From Methanothermococcus sp. Ax23 (GTDB lineage: Archaea; AGJL01; Methanococci; Methanococcales; Methanococcaceae), in NCBI RefSeq assembly GCF_049075655.1, contig NZ_CP157522.1, positions 608,001 through 672,000 of the forward strand: a stretch of DNA of 64,000 bases. Direction: 5' to 3'. The notes under the pieces were generated by a model. It was not told the DNA's origin and did no database searches. It saw only the letters and a program-made list of their open reading frames with translations. This document shows, one piece after another, positions 49,398-61,480 of this stretch. Numbering within the stretch: the stretch's first letter is position 1; each line of letters opens with the position of its first letter. Position numbers and translations under genes: made by a program.

Positions 49398-50543
49398 ATG
49401 AAAGTGCTTGTTATTGGAGTTAATACACGTCCTGTGGTTAATTCGGCTAAAAAATTGGGATATGAGGTTTATTCTATTTCGTATTATAATCCAGTAGATT
49501 TAAACGCCGATAAAAAAGAATATCTTATAAATGATAAATATCATGGGTGTTTTAGAGAAAATTATAATGAGAAAGAATTATTATCTCTTGCCGAGTATTA
49601 TGTGGATGATATTGATTGTATATTTGTATGTTCAGGCATATTTGAAAGCAAACATTCAAAAACACCCGATTGGAATGTTGTTGGGAATCCACCAAAAAAG
49701 ATTAAAAGGATGAGTAATAAATATTACATTACAAAAAAATTAGAAAATTTAGGTTGTAGCGTCCCTACAACATATATTGCTTACAATTATAGCCAACTTG
49801 AAAAGTATTTGTATGATTTAAAGTCTATTGTTGTAAAACCCATTTGTGGAAGTGGCGGAATAAATGTTCATTCTATAACTTTAAATACTTTCACGGATAA
49901 ATTATATAATTTGCTAAAAAATTTGGAGTACCCTGTAATTGTTCAAGAAATGATAACATCAGATAGTTTCAGTGCATCATTTGTAGGTTCAAATTTTATC
50001 ACATTTAATAAACAGATTATTAAAAACAACATGTATGTTGGAAATATAACTCCTTATGTCCCAAATCTAAAAACAAACAACAAAGGAGTCCAATGTATTG
50101 TAGATTCATTTCGAGAAGTTATAGAATCATTTGATTTAGCTGGGATGAATGGTATTGATTTTATGATTAAAGACGGAGCTCCTATTATCATAGAACTAAA
50201 TCCCCGAATATTAGGAACATTTGAAACAATAGAATTGTCGTCAAACAAAAATCTTGTAAAATATATGATTGAAAATTCAGAAAATCAAGGATTTTCATCA
50301 TGTGGTGACTTAAAACCAAAAACTCAGTATATGAAAAGGATATTGTTTGCAGAACAAAAACTTATATGCCGCATTGAAAAACAACAAAATATTTTTGACA
50401 TCCCAATGTATGATACAATAATAGAAAAAAATGAACCATTAGCCACAGCGATTGGGAAAAATAATGATGAAATAAACAAGGCAGTTGATAGTATTTCAAA
50501 GATGGTGATTAATTATGAAATTAAACAAAGAAGAGATATATGA
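49398..50543 (+). CDS. ATP-grasp domain protein
   Basis: [28 protein letters not shown]. Confidence 0.85.
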   Translation: MKVLVIGVNTRPVVNSAKKLGYEVYSISYYNPVDLNADKKEYLINDKYHGCFRENYNEKELLSLAEYYVDDIDCIFVCSGIFESKHSKTPDWNVVGNPPKKIKRMSNKYYITKKLENLGCSVPTTYIAYNYSQLEKYLYDLKSIVVKPICGSGGINVHSITLNTFTDKLYNLLKNLEYPVIVQEMITSDSFSASFVGSNFITFNKQIIKNNMYVGNITPYVPNLKTNNKGVQCIVDSFREVIESFDLAGMNGIDFMIKDGAPIIIELNPRILGTFETIELSSNKNLVKYMIENSENQGFSSCGDLKPKTQYMKRILFAEQKLICRIEKQQNIFDIPMYDTIIEKNEPLATAIGKNNDEINKAVDSISKMVINYEIKQRRDI

Positions 50544-51114
50544 TATGCTTGATAATCCATTGGTTCAGCAAGTTCTACTTGAAGTATTGGATGAGGATGT
50601 GAGTGGATTTGAAGTTTTAGCTGTGCTTATAGATTTAGAGGAAGTTACCGACGATGAAATTTCAAGACAGTTAAATTTAAAACTAAATACTGTTAGGAAA
50701 TTATTATACAAATTATATGATGCAAGACTTGTGGATTACGACAGAGAAAAGGACGAAGAAACAAATTGGTACACATACACATGGAAGCCTGCCCTTGAAA
50801 AATTGCCTGCTCTCGTTAAGAAGAAGACTCAGCATATATTAAAGGAACTTAAAGAGCAGCTAATTATTGAGGAAAATAATATGTTCTTTTACTGCCCAGG
50901 TTGCGAATTTAAATATACTTTTGAAGAAGCCATGGATTATGGATTTAGGTGTCCGCAGTGTGGGGGAGCTCTCAAAGAATATAATAATAAAAATGATATA
51001 AAGATACTTAAAGAGCAGATAAAATTCTTAGAAGATGAATTAAAATTAAATCCATTATTTTTTACGTCTGAAGGAACGGGAAATCAAAGAAAAGAAATAA
51101 GAGCAACTGTTTAA
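50515..51114 (+). CDS. tfe: Transcription factor E (TFEalpha)
   Basis: TDDEIS...[19 protein letters not shown]...FRCPQCG. Confidence 0.94.
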   Translation: MKLNKEEIYDMLDNPLVQQVLLEVLDEDVSGFEVLAVLIDLEEVTDDEISRQLNLKLNTVRKLLYKLYDARLVDYDREKDEETNWYTYTWKPALEKLPALVKKKTQHILKELKEQLIIEENNMFFYCPGCEFKYTFEEAMDYGFRCPQCGGALKEYNNKNDIKILKEQIKFLEDELKLNPLFFTSEGTGNQRKEIRATV

Positions 51115-51209
51115 TTAAATTTTTAATTTAAATATTTACAACTTATAATTTACAATATATGGATGATTTATATATTTTATTTTAATCATATATTTTACTG
51201 GGTGATTTT

Positions 51210-51836
51210 ATGAATAATTCTTTTTTAAATATGTTAAATGAGCTCCCAGAGAATGATATTAAATGCGTTTTTGACAATAAACCTGGCAATGAAAAGTTTT
51301 TATCTAATAATTCTCCATTCAATAGTCCAGAATTCAAAAAATCCTATGCTCTTTTGTCGAAACTATGCGAAAAAAATGTAGTTATGCATTGTTTGGCGGT
51401 ATCGGTATATACATATGAGCTCGGTTTAAAAATAAAAAATAAGGGGCATAATATCAATCTTGAATTGGCAGTAATAGGAGCTCTCTTGCATGATATTGGA
51501 AGATGCAAAACCCATGGTATAGAGCATGGAATAGAGGGTGGAAAAATATTGAGGAAATATAATTTTAATGAAGAGCTCGCTTTAATTGCTGAAAGACACA
51601 TTGGTGCAGGAATCCCAAAAAATGAAGCAGTAGAATTGGGACTTCCACCAAGAGATTATATTCCACTGACTTTGGAAGAAAAACTTGTGGCACATTGTGA
51701 TAATTTAATAAGTGGAACAAAGAGGGTGGATATTGATTTTGTAGTAAATAAATTTAAAAAAAGAATGAATTTATCCCATCCATCAATAACTCGTATTTTG
51801 AACTTAAACTATGAAATAAATAAATTGTTGATTTAA
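51210..51836 (+). CDS. HD-domain phosphohydrolase (TIGR00295/HDIG)
   Basis: LLHDIGR, HGIEG, ERHIGAG, EEKLVAHCDNL. Confidence 0.9.
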   Translation: MNNSFLNMLNELPENDIKCVFDNKPGNEKFLSNNSPFNSPEFKKSYALLSKLCEKNVVMHCLAVSVYTYELGLKIKNKGHNINLELAVIGALLHDIGRCKTHGIEHGIEGGKILRKYNFNEELALIAERHIGAGIPKNEAVELGLPPRDYIPLTLEEKLVAHCDNLISGTKRVDIDFVVNKFKKRMNLSHPSITRILNLNYEINKLLI

Positions 51837-52717
51837 AATAACATTTTTGTCATAAATAATACTCCATAAAATGACACTAAACCAAAGGTCATGCAGAATG
51901 TGCAGGTAATTATCATTCTATTTATTTTTAAACCAAATAATGGCACAGCAAACAAAATACCAAAAATTCCAGTTCCAATTTGAATGTTTTCCATACATTT
52001 TGCAAGTTGTTCTGGAGTGACAGCAACGATATTTGGGGTCATTTGAGCTATTGCATTTATATAACCTCCAATAATGCCCGCAGTTGCGGGGATAACTCCA
52101 CATATTATTATTAATCCAACTGCGAGACCATTTGCTGTAACACTGAGTAATTGGGCTTTTAGATTTTGCAAATCTTCAAGTGTTTTTGCAAGCGTTCTAA
52201 GAACCTCTGCCAATTCCCCACCATATTTTCTATTTTCTATAATTAGTCTTCCAATCTGTCTAAATATTTTTGAATCGATACTATTTGAAACTAATATAAT
52301 GGAATCCTCAAAACTTAATTTTTTTTCAGTCATTAATGCAACAATTTTTAAAAAAACAGTATCTACTTCTTTAATGCCGCTATTTATAACTTCGTTAATG
52401 GCATCCATTACTGAACGACCTGATTCTAATGACAGTATCATTACATAAAGAGCTTTTGGTAAATTACGTTCGAATTTTTCTATTTTAGACTCATATAACA
52501 TAGATGGAATTGATAATACAGAAAGGACATATAATGCTATTAATATAATTGTGCTTTTTGAATTAAGATTCATAATATATTTTAACACAATTGGTATTAT
52601 GGGTGAAAGCAATAGCATCATAAAATAGGATTTTTCATTTATGTTAATGCCTGCATGTTTTAATATTAAGGTATTACGTCTTATAATATAATTATATATG
52701 TCATAAATATTCACCAT
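51833..52717 (-). CDS. Type IV pilus/T2SS-F platform membrane protein
   Basis: LPKAL...LESGRS, GGELAEVL T2SSF pattern; in operon with the pilus ATPase. Confidence 0.85.
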   Translation of the reverse strand: MVNIYDIYNYIIRRNTLILKHAGININEKSYFMMLLLSPIIPIVLKYIMNLNSKSTIILIALYVLSVLSIPSMLYESKIEKFERNLPKALYVMILSLESGRSVMDAINEVINSGIKEVDTVFLKIVALMTEKKLSFEDSIILVSNSIDSKIFRQIGRLIIENRKYGGELAEVLRTLAKTLEDLQNLKAQLLSVTANGLAVGLIIICGVIPATAGIIGGYINAIAQMTPNIVAVTPEQLAKCMENIQIGTGIFGILFAVPLFGLKINRMIITCTFCMTFGLVSFYGVLFMTKMLF

Positions 52718-52721
52718 AATT

Positions 52722-53873
52722 TCACTCTATTTTCATTTTAATAAATATTGCAAATATTGCAGTGACCAAAGGAGTTATTTTTGTTAATAATAAATCAGTT
52801 GTATTGATTATCCCGTCAAATCCCATATTGCCTTGAAGTGAGGATAGCAGCATACCTGAAAATGGGAGTATTATTCCAACCCCGAATATAAGGTTCCCTA
52901 AATTTGATATTTGAAATTTTGATGAATCTATTCTGGACAATGATTCTCTAATGACTTCATTATATAAATTCTTTAAAAGTAATTGTGTTCCCCCTTTATT
53001 TGCAGAGATGATAAGCTGGCTGTATAATTTTTTCATCAATGGTATTTTAGTTCTTATTCTCGCTCTTTCAAGTGCTTCTTTAAAACTATACCCTCCTCTA
53101 TTGATATCGTAAATTATATTTTTAAATTCAAATGAAGGTATGCCGTATTCGGGATTTTCTGAAATATTTTTCATGGCTTCCTGCAATGACATACCTGAAT
53201 TTAATGAAGAAATCATATGCAATATTGATATCATTATCTGAATTTTTATTTCCCCGCGGAATAGTAATAACTTTATTTTTGGATAAAATATCCCTGCAAT
53301 AAGTAAAATAGCACTTGCAAATAATCCATCAGTAATTCCATATAATATATATCCATCATATACATTATTTAGGAAATATAATATCCCAATACCAATGGAT
53401 GCAATTATTAATTTTAGAAAATATGACTTCACATCTCTAATTCCTGCATACTGAAAATCTATCTTTGAAGGTAGATATTTAGTGTGTGTTACCAAATATG
53501 AGAGATTTTTAGAATACTCATTAAGCATGTTAAAATAACTTTTTTCGATTAATTCGTCTAAATCAATATCCATCTTAATCTTCACATCTGGTTTTTTTTC
53601 AACATATGTGTCGTAAAATTCCATAAGTCCAATGTCTGGTTCTTTATGGGTATCCAATAGTTTTTTTACATGTGTTAATGATATTCTTCTTTTTCGTATT
53701 CTCCTTCTTTTTCTCCCAATTCTTAAATCTATATAAATTAATCTATCGATTAACTTCATCAATTTATTATAATATTTTAATATATTTTTATATATTCTCC
53801 TGCATAATAATATCCGTTTTAACCTTAATTGTTTATATGTATCCCTCAATGATTTGTAGGTCATTTTTTTCAT
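52722..53873 (-). CDS. Type IV pilus/T2SS-F platform membrane protein
   Basis: SSLNSGMSLQEAM, EFKNII, SFKEAL T2SSF pattern plus TM helices. Confidence 0.85.
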   Translation of the reverse strand: MKKMTYKSLRDTYKQLRLKRILLCRRIYKNILKYYNKLMKLIDRLIYIDLRIGRKRRRIRKRRISLTHVKKLLDTHKEPDIGLMEFYDTYVEKKPDVKIKMDIDLDELIEKSYFNMLNEYSKNLSYLVTHTKYLPSKIDFQYAGIRDVKSYFLKLIIASIGIGILYFLNNVYDGYILYGITDGLFASAILLIAGIFYPKIKLLLFRGEIKIQIMISILHMISSLNSGMSLQEAMKNISENPEYGIPSFEFKNIIYDINRGGYSFKEALERARIRTKIPLMKKLYSQLIISANKGGTQLLLKNLYNEVIRESLSRIDSSKFQISNLGNLIFGVGIILPFSGMLLSSLQGNMGFDGIINTTDLLLTKITPLVTAIFAIFIKMKIE

Positions 53874-53887
53874 AAAATCACCAGAAG

Positions 53888-56850
53888 TTATAAGATTATA
53901 TTTTTTAGCACATTTTCTGGATTTTCTTGATATTGCCTAATTAAATTCCCTACGCTATTTATGTCCCGTATGTTATTTTTAATGGCATATTTAAGCACTT
54001 CTATTCTATTCAATCTATCCTCTATGAGCTCATCCCGTGATACACCTGCAATATTGCAAACCTGTTCTTCCCACATACATATTCCATCTTTTTTAATTTC
54101 ATCAGATATACCATCATATTTAAAAAGGCTCGTTTTTGAGATATCCTCTCCAGCCCCGCTAATTTCTATAACATTTAATACCCTTCTCACGGTTTTTCTA
54201 TTTCTTTTAATTCGCTGCTGGTTTATAATAAAATCCAGGGATGAAATCATAACTTCTGGAACGTTCATCGGGGGATTCATTAGTCTAATCATTGCCTCAT
54301 CTGCACTATTTGCGTGAAGTGTCCCGGAACAGTTTGAAATGATAAATCCACCATACTTGCCTGCAATGTATGTGTGGTTATCTTCAACTGTTAAATCATA
54401 AATATGTCCATTGTATTCAATTTCTTCAACACTTACAACCTTATCCCAATATATGTCTGAATTTGCTAATATTTTTAAGTTTTCAGCATTTAATATTTCT
54501 GCTATTTTATTTAACTTCGTTCTCGAAGGGTCTCTTACACCTGTTTCATAAGCCCTGATTAAACTTCTGGTTTTTAATCCAAGTTTCTCAGCTAATTCTT
54601 GCTGTGTTAATTTATTATTTAATCGATAATATTTTATCAATTTTCCGATATTTGGTATAATATCTAGGGAATTTTTGGATTTAAGTAGTATGTTATTTAA
54701 CTTTTCATGTTTTGTATGGTGTGTAAATCCGATATGTTTCCAGTATTTCCATATGTTATCATATCCACCAATGGTTATTTTATAATATGGATTTATATTT
54801 CCTTTTCCATCCTTTTCTTGAGCTGAAACATGGGATATAATCCCAAATCTTAGCAATAAATATGGAAGGGCAATTGCAAGATTTTTGTTTGATGTTACAA
54901 ATTCAATACGCCTTGTAGTTTCATTTATATGGCCATCAGAATCAAATAATCCTTGTATAAATTCTGATAAATCATCGTTTGATAACAATACCTCTATTGG
55001 AATACTAAATGATTTTGTTTTATTTCCAATTGGGATATATTTTGAAAGTTTACTGACTGATTCTACCCCATACACTTTGGCTTTTGTGTGGTTGTTATAT
55101 TTTAAACAAACAACATCTCCATAATCACTCATTTCACTTGAAACTTTTTCAATTACATCGCTATTTTGATTTATAAAGTCAATACAATATTTGCTTAAAT
55201 GATCATCGCCCAATAAAGCACCAATTAAATATGGATTTTCAATATATTTACCATCTTTGGTTTTCAATTCTCGTGGAAGTGCAATGTAATCATTAATTTT
55301 AACCATTTCCGCATTTATCTCAAATATTTTATTATTTAATATATACATAGGATGGTCATGAGTAAGAATTATTTCCTTACCGCTTTTTGTTTTTATTTTT
55401 ATCATCTTTCCAGAGTATTCTTTTCTCCAAACTCTTGATATTAATTTATCTTCAATTTTTAGGGTGCTTTTGTTAAAACTTTTAATAAATATATTCTCAT
55501 TAGATACGTCAATCCATTCAAATCCATTACTTTCTTTTACTTTCATTAAATCATATTTCTCAAAAAATTTATCAACAAATTCTCCTATGTTTATGATGTG
55601 TCCGTTAGATAAATAAATGGGTTCATCTTCCACTAATGCACCATCATGACCTGTATTCATAGCAACTAAAAGAGAATGGGCTTCCTCACCTCTAACCTCC
55701 CCTACAAATATTCTATCTGGTCTCATCCTTAAAGCATTTTTAATTAAATCATCCATTGTGACTTCATACTCTGGAATTCCAGGTCTTGGAGGTCTTGTAA
55801 TCATTTTTATTACATGCTCATGAGGGATTTGCAATTCGGGAGTGTCCTCAATAGTTACAATCCTGTCGGAATACATGGAAAACATTGAAATAACATTAAG
55901 AGTTGTGGTTTTCCCTGAACCAGTTCCTCCCACAATCAGCGTATTTGCAGGTTTTGCTCCGAAGTATCCTTCAACGGCCTGCCATATGAATGCTGCAAGT
56001 TCAAGGTCAAAAGTTTTGTATTTAATTAAATCAACAACCGTCAGCGGGTCAGCTGAAAATTTACGAATGGTTAGGGTGCTGCCATTCAATGTAACATCCT
56101 GTGTTGTGGCATTGACCCTACTACCATCGGGTAAAAACGCATCTAACATCGGTGTCCTGGAGTCTATCGTTCTTCCAGCAAGTAGGGCAATATTTTCAAT
56201 AATTCTAGTTAATTCACTGTTATTAATTACAATATTTGTCTTACACATTTGGTATTTTCTATGGAATACAAAAGTGGGTCGGTTAATTCCATTTACCATG
56301 ATTTCTTCTAGATTATCATCATGTAATGGAACTTCTAAGAATCCAAGTTTTCCTATTATTAAATAAAAATATTTAGCTAAATTTTGAATTTCAATATTTT
56401 TGAGATTCAGGCCATTCTTTTCAGAATAATTTAGTAAATACCCTTGGATTTCTTCAATTTTTTGAAAGCCGCCTTCGGAGATATCAGATTTTATCTCAGA
56501 TATATTTTCCTCAGAAAGCTTGGAAAGCGCATCGATTATCTGGCTAACCTCAGGAATGTTATAATATATTCGCCCATCCTTTTTTTCTATAAGGATATTG
56601 AACACAACGCCATCGATTTTTAAAAAATAATTGTCAATTACATTTGGAGATATGATTTTAATATTTTGAATATTTTGATGAGTGGATTTATCGTTGAAGG
56701 GGAATTTTCGAGTTTCACTACTTGGAGCAAGACCTCTAAGAGGTGCACTAGGCTCAGTTTTTACTGTCTCTTTTTCTAGTTTTTCAGTTTTTTTTTAGGT
56801 TCTGGAGTAGGTTTAATATCTTTGTTTTTAATTCTATCAAAAAGACCCAT
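53888..56850 (-). CDS. Type IV pilus assembly ATPase (VirB11/KlbA-like) with intein; frameshifted at an A9 run (56788-56796)
   Basis: GGTGSGKTT, TIED, LRMRPDRIFVGEVRG, MNTGHDG|CSGTLHA; upstream ATG at 56850 (MGLFDRIK, GGGGCG RBS) is one base out of frame with the 53888-56605 ORF. Confidence 0.88.
54332..55639 (-). mobile_element. KlbA-type class 2 intein (436 aa, Ala1) with LAGLIDADG endonuclease and XRE-family HTH
   Basis: Starts ALVEDEPI after GHDG; block B LTHDHP; GALLGDD and QGLFDSDG; ends IISN before CSGTLH. Confidence 0.92.
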
Positions 56851-56877
56851 AATATCGCCCCGTCTGATAGTATAATT

Positions 56878-59346
56878 TTATAAGGTTACATCAATGTCCA
56901 AATGCTCTGTTAATTCTTTGTATCTATTTCTAATAGTTACCTCTGTAACGCCTGCAACATCTGCAACTTCTCTCTGGGTTCTTCTAGTGCCATGCAGAAC
57001 ACTTGCAATATATATTGCAGCAGCTGCAACTCCTGTTGGTCCCCTACCACTTGTTAAACCTTTTTCATTGGCTTTTTGAAGTATTGCAATGGCTTTTGAT
57101 TCTACCTCCCCAGGTAATTTAAGTTCTGATGCAAATCTTGGCACATAATCTATTGGATTTGTTGGAGCAAGCCTTATTTTCAATTCTCTTGAAATAAATC
57201 TGTATGTTCTTCCGATTTCTTTTCTATCTACTCTGGATATTTCTGCAATTTCGTCAAGGGTTCTTGGAACTTTACATCTTCTACATGCGGCATACAGAGC
57301 TGCGGCAGCCACCCCCTCAATACTTCTACCTCTGATTAATCCTTTTTCTACGGCACCCCTATATAGAACTGCGGCGTTTTCCCTAACATTTCTTGGGAGA
57401 CCTAATTTTGAAGCTATTCTATCCAATTCAGAGAGAGCAAATGCTAAGTTTCTTTCGGAAGCATCTGAAACCCTTATTCTTCTTTGCCATTTTCTTAATC
57501 TATATAGCTGAGCTCTCCTATCTGCTGAAATATCCTTTCCATAACTATCTTTATTTCTCCAATCTATTACTGTGGATAATCCTTTATCGTGTATGGTGTT
57601 ATGAAGAACAAATGCTCCATAACCAGCAACGAAGTTTTCAGCATTTGGAACTGTTAAATCGTAAGCATACCCATTTGTTGGTTTTGTTTTTTCAATCTTC
57701 TTAATTTTTAAGAATATAAAATCAGAGCTCGCAAGTTTTTCCAATTTCTTATCATTATATTTTTTTGCAATGTTCAATGCAAGAGCTCTACTTATTCTTT
57801 TTCTGTCTCTACATTTCCATTCTTTTTTATACTCAGCAGGTGCAGGAATTAACTCTTCAATAGGCGGTTTTTTATTTTCTTTGCTGTAATTTTCAATATA
57901 TCCTAATTTTACTATATGCTTAGGATTTGTAATTCTTAACATATAGGCATCTGAATCCTTTATATGCTGACCATTTAACTCATGACCTTTGATGAGCTCA
58001 TAGTTATAATTTGAATTTATGCCCAATTGAAGCAATAGCATCATTAAATCATTTATTAATTCCTTTGATGAAGAAACCGCAGTTAATTGAATTGTGCTGT
58101 ATTTTTTGTTTGTATATAAATTTCCATCGCCGTTGAAGTATCCTTTTAAAAACTCTATTTTTAAGTTTTTAGGCAATAAGTAGATAATAGATGGAACTCT
58201 TTTTTCCTTTGCACCAGATTTAATACCCAAGGCTTTAAACAATTCCACAAAGACTTTATTTGTAATTTCGATTTGAACTGCGGATTTGTTGCTGTTTTTA
58301 AGATATAATTTAGGTTTAATTCCAAATTTTTTGAAGAATGAAACAACTTCATCGATATATTCCGTTTCATGTTTTCCAAATGAAAATACCAATCTATTAT
58401 CTGTATAATGTCCTTCGGCAATATAATAACCTAATATTTTAGCAAATGTTTCATCTATCTTTAATTTTGATGGTATTTTTAATCCAGAGCCATACCTAAC
58501 AGTTGCAAACTCTGGAACTTCAATTTTTGAATTTATCACATATTCAACTGGTGCGGATTGTCTCTTTTTCCAACTACTGTTTTCATAAGGATAATTGAAT
58601 TGAATATAGCATCCTTTCAGCAACTTCGATAGGTCTAATTCAATATTATATTCAACATTTGGCAATCTTTTTGCAAGCACTAAATAATCCCCTTCTCTGA
58701 GCTCATCTACTCTGGTTTCTACAACTTCACCATCTTTAAGTGCGAATACGCTGTGGCTTCCAGTGGTTTTTATGTGCTTATTTCCTTCAACAACTATATT
58801 ATACACAGAATTTACAGGATGCCTCGAAACCTCGGATACATTCATATAGCTAAATTTATAATCGCTATCGAATGCTACCACTTCTAAATTTTTATCTTCA
58901 ATATTGGCGATTTCCAAAATGCCCTCTTTTCTAATATTTTTCGAGTTTTCGATATATCTGTCAATTAACTCCCCAATTTTTACAATTTTTACATTTCCAT
59001 TTTCTTTAATTATTATCGGCTCGTTGTAATCTACACTATATGTCATCGGAGCTCCGACCCTACTTCTTTTAACTCTCTGCTCATGGTCAAATGCTCTCCA
59101 TTCAGGACCTACATCAAATAAATTCTGCTGTAAAACACATCCACAATCTGCACAGACGATTTCAGCCCTTTCGTAATCTTTAATAACATTTTTGCTTCCA
59201 CAGATTGGGCAAACTAACTCTTCTTCTTTTTCAATAATAACATTTTTAGAGGAATCTTCATTAATTGGTGGTCTTTCCATTATTTTTTTTTCTTCTTTTT
59301 TTGTTTCTTCGCTATTTTTTTGTTTTGACACTAATTTCATTTCCAT
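56878..59346 (-). CDS. tfb: Transcription initiation factor IIB, containing one intein
   Basis: CPICG...CADCG Zn ribbon, GPEWRAF, cyclin repeats RGRSIE and [16 protein letters not shown]. Confidence 0.97.
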   Translation of the reverse strand: MEMKLVSKQKNSEETKKEEKKIMERPPINEDSSKNVIIEKEEELVCPICGSKNVIKDYERAEIVCADCGCVLQQNLFDVGPEWRAFDHEQRVKRSRVGAPMTYSVDYNEPIIIKENGNVKIVKIGELIDRYIENSKNIRKEGILEIANIEDKNLEVVAFDSDYKFSYMNVSEVSRHPVNSVYNIVVEGNKHIKTTGSHSVFALKDGEVVETRVDELREGDYLVLAKRLPNVEYNIELDLSKLLKGCYIQFNYPYENSSWKKRQSAPVEYVINSKIEVPEFATVRYGSGLKIPSKLKIDETFAKILGYYIAEGHYTDNRLVFSFGKHETEYIDEVVSFFKKFGIKPKLYLKNSNKSAVQIEITNKVFVELFKALGIKSGAKEKRVPSIIYLLPKNLKIEFLKGYFNGDGNLYTNKKYSTIQLTAVSSSKELINDLMMLLLQLGINSNYNYELIKGHELNGQHIKDSDAYMLRITNPKHIVKLGYIENYSKENKKPPIEELIPAPAEYKKEWKCRDRKRISRALALNIAKKYNDKKLEKLASSDFIFLKIKKIEKTKPTNGYAYDLTVPNAENFVAGYGAFVLHNTIHDKGLSTVIDWRNKDSYGKDISADRRAQLYRLRKWQRRIRVSDASERNLAFALSELDRIASKLGLPRNVRENAAVLYRGAVEKGLIRGRSIEGVAAAALYAACRRCKVPRTLDEIAEISRVDRKEIGRTYRFISRELKIRLAPTNPIDYVPRFASELKLPGEVESKAIAILQKANEKGLTSGRGPTGVAAAAIYIASVLHGTRRTQREVADVAGVTEVTIRNRYKELTEHLDIDVTL
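57598..59037 (-). mobile_element. Intein in TFB (480 aa, Ser1, His-Asn end, Thr+1) with LAGLIDADG endonuclease
   Basis: GAPMTY|SVDYNEP; TTGSHS; [16 protein letters not shown]; YDLTV...VLHN|TIHDKGL. Confidence 0.93.
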
Positions 59347-59447
59347 AATTACACCATCATGGAATTATGCATAAAATACAAAATGCAATAATATTGGTTT
59401 TTAAATAATGATAAATACTCATGATTTAGTATAGTTAATTATAATAA

Positions 59448-59732
59448 TTATTTCGACCGTTTTTTATGCCGCCTTGTCTTCTGCACTTTTTTAGCATCTG
59501 AAATAACTGCTTCCCCAACTTCAAGAGCTCTATTGCCAACTGCGTCGTTGAATGGTATTATCTTTACATACGGTTTATTAACTGGTCCAAAAACATCGTA
59601 AATCTTTCCAAGCTTCGTTCTACTCTCAGTTTTTAAAAAAACAATAGCATTTATTTGAGGTTGGCGGTCTGTTCTTCCAATTATTTTCCCCTTAGGAGTT
59701 TTATGTAATATCTTTATTTTTTTCAAAATCAC
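59448..59732 (-). CDS. gar1: H/ACA RNP component Gar1/Naf1
   Basis: GKIYDVFGPVNKPY; upstream of tfb as is usual in archaea. Confidence 0.88.
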   Translation of the reverse strand: MILKKIKILHKTPKGKIIGRTDRQPQINAIVFLKTESRTKLGKIYDVFGPVNKPYVKIIPFNDAVGNRALEVGEAVISDAKKVQKTRRHKKRSK

Positions 59733-60135
59733 TCCTCCGAGCTCCTTAAATCATGTATTTAAAATTATTAATTTATTAATTGTTAATCTATGATATATAA
59801 ACAATCACTACTACTATATAAATGTTTCGAAAAATATATATAGTCGTTTCCAAAATTGAATAATTAATTCTCATATTATGAATAATATATTATGTATAGG
59901 TCATGATGTAATAACTGATTACCATATAATTATAAATTCGTTTGTAAGAGAATTCGATACTCTAATGTGGGTATTATCAAATAATTATGGACTTGTTCAT
60001 CAAATAGTATAATAGTCAGTTGTAATGTCACGACCTATGTATAATTTCGCCAAATATAATAAACTCGTTCTGAGGGATAAGTATAATAAATATGAATATT
60101 ATAATAATATCTATAAAATAAAAAAGGGGGATATT

Positions 60136-61413
60136 ATGGATTATTTAGAAATCGGTTATGTACCAAAGGATAATGAACTACTTTCATGCATGGTAGTAAA
60201 AGCTGAAAACCTTGAAAAGGCGGCAAATGATATTGCAGGTGAGAGCTCCATAGGAACATGGACTGAATTAAAAACAATGAAAAGCGAGGTATATGAAAAA
60301 CTCAGACCAAGAGTATATGAAATAAAGGAGATTGGAAGTGAGGGGAACAATAAAATTGGATTGGTAAAAATAGCTTATCCATTGGATGATTTTGAGCCAA
60401 ACAACATGCCGGGAACTCTTGCAGGAATAGCAGGAAATATTTTTGGAATGAAATCTCTAAAAGGATTAAGAATATTGGATTTTAGGTTCCCAAAGGAATT
60501 TATAGATTGTTATTCTGGACCAAAATATGGGATAGATGGAATAAGAAACCTATTGAATGTTAAGGAAAGACCATTGGTTGGAACAATAGTTAAGCCAAAA
60601 GTTGGGTTAAATTCCGAAGAACATGCAAAAGTGGCATATAATTCATGGGCAGGCGGTTGCGATATAGTAAAGGATGATGAAAACCTTGTTTCACAGAATT
60701 TTAATAAATTTGAAGATAGATTGTATAAGGTATTGGAATACAGGGATAAAGCAGAGTCTGAAACTGGTGAAAAGAAAATATACATGCCAAACATCACTGC
60801 ATCGTATAGGGAAATGGTAAGAAGAGCTGAGCTCGTAGAGGATGCAAAATGTGAGTATGCCATGATTGATGTTGTGGTGCTTGGGTTTTCAGCAGTTCAG
60901 CAGATTAGAGAGGAAGGTTTTGATTTTGTAATTCATGCCCACAGGGCAATGCATGCGGCTATTACTCGTTCCAAAGAATGGGGCATATCAATGCTTGCAC
61001 TTGCAAAAATATACAGATTATTGGGTGTTGACCAACTTCATATTGGGACAGTTGTTGGAAAGATGGAAGGGGTAAAAGAGGAGGTATGCAGTATAAGGGA
61101 TGAAATAGTGTTGGAGGATGTTGAAAAAGATGATAAATATAAGTTCTTTGACCAGAAATGGTATGGATTAAATAATGTATTTCCAGTATCATCAGGAGGG
61201 GTTTATCCTAAATTAGTTCCAGAAATTGTGAATATCTTTGGAAATGATGTAATTATTCAGGCAGGCGGAGGTATTCACGGACATCCAGATGGCACAGTTG
61301 CAGGAGCTCGGGCAATGAGGGCATCAATTGAGGCAGCTGCTGAGGGCATCCCACTAAATGAAAAAGCGGAAGAAGTTCCAGAACTTAAAAAGGCATTAGA
61401 ATATTGGAAATAA
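60136..61413 (+). CDS. rbcL: Form III RuBisCO large subunit
   Basis: AGESSIGTW, KPKVGL, GCDIVKDDE, HAHRAMH, GTVVGKMEG, SSGG, GGGIHGHP. Confidence 0.95.
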   Translation: MDYLEIGYVPKDNELLSCMVVKAENLEKAANDIAGESSIGTWTELKTMKSEVYEKLRPRVYEIKEIGSEGNNKIGLVKIAYPLDDFEPNNMPGTLAGIAGNIFGMKSLKGLRILDFRFPKEFIDCYSGPKYGIDGIRNLLNVKERPLVGTIVKPKVGLNSEEHAKVAYNSWAGGCDIVKDDENLVSQNFNKFEDRLYKVLEYRDKAESETGEKKIYMPNITASYREMVRRAELVEDAKCEYAMIDVVVLGFSAVQQIREEGFDFVIHAHRAMHAAITRSKEWGISMLALAKIYRLLGVDQLHIGTVVGKMEGVKEEVCSIRDEIVLEDVEKDDKYKFFDQKWYGLNNVFPVSSGGVYPKLVPEIVNIFGNDVIIQAGGGIHGHPDGTVAGARAMRASIEAAAEGIPLNEKAEEVPELKKALEYWK

Positions 61414-61480
61414 TTTTTATTTATTTTAATTATAATTTTTTAATAAATCGTTTTTTGTAAATTTATTATGCGGTGGTATA

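Noticed and set aside
58939-58952. TTTCGAGTTTTCGA copy inside the TFB intein
   Set aside because: Single copy in coding sequence (IENSK on the minus strand), far from the cluster; probably chance
59899-59923. C/D-box-like ATGATGT...CTGA between gar1 and rbcL
   Set aside because: Imperfect C box, only about 5 nt between the boxes and no guide region; not enough to call an sRNA
60025-60135. N-terminal extension of RbcL in the ORF track
   Set aside because: Low-complexity AT-rich sequence; a good RBS (GGGGGA) precedes the ATG at 60136
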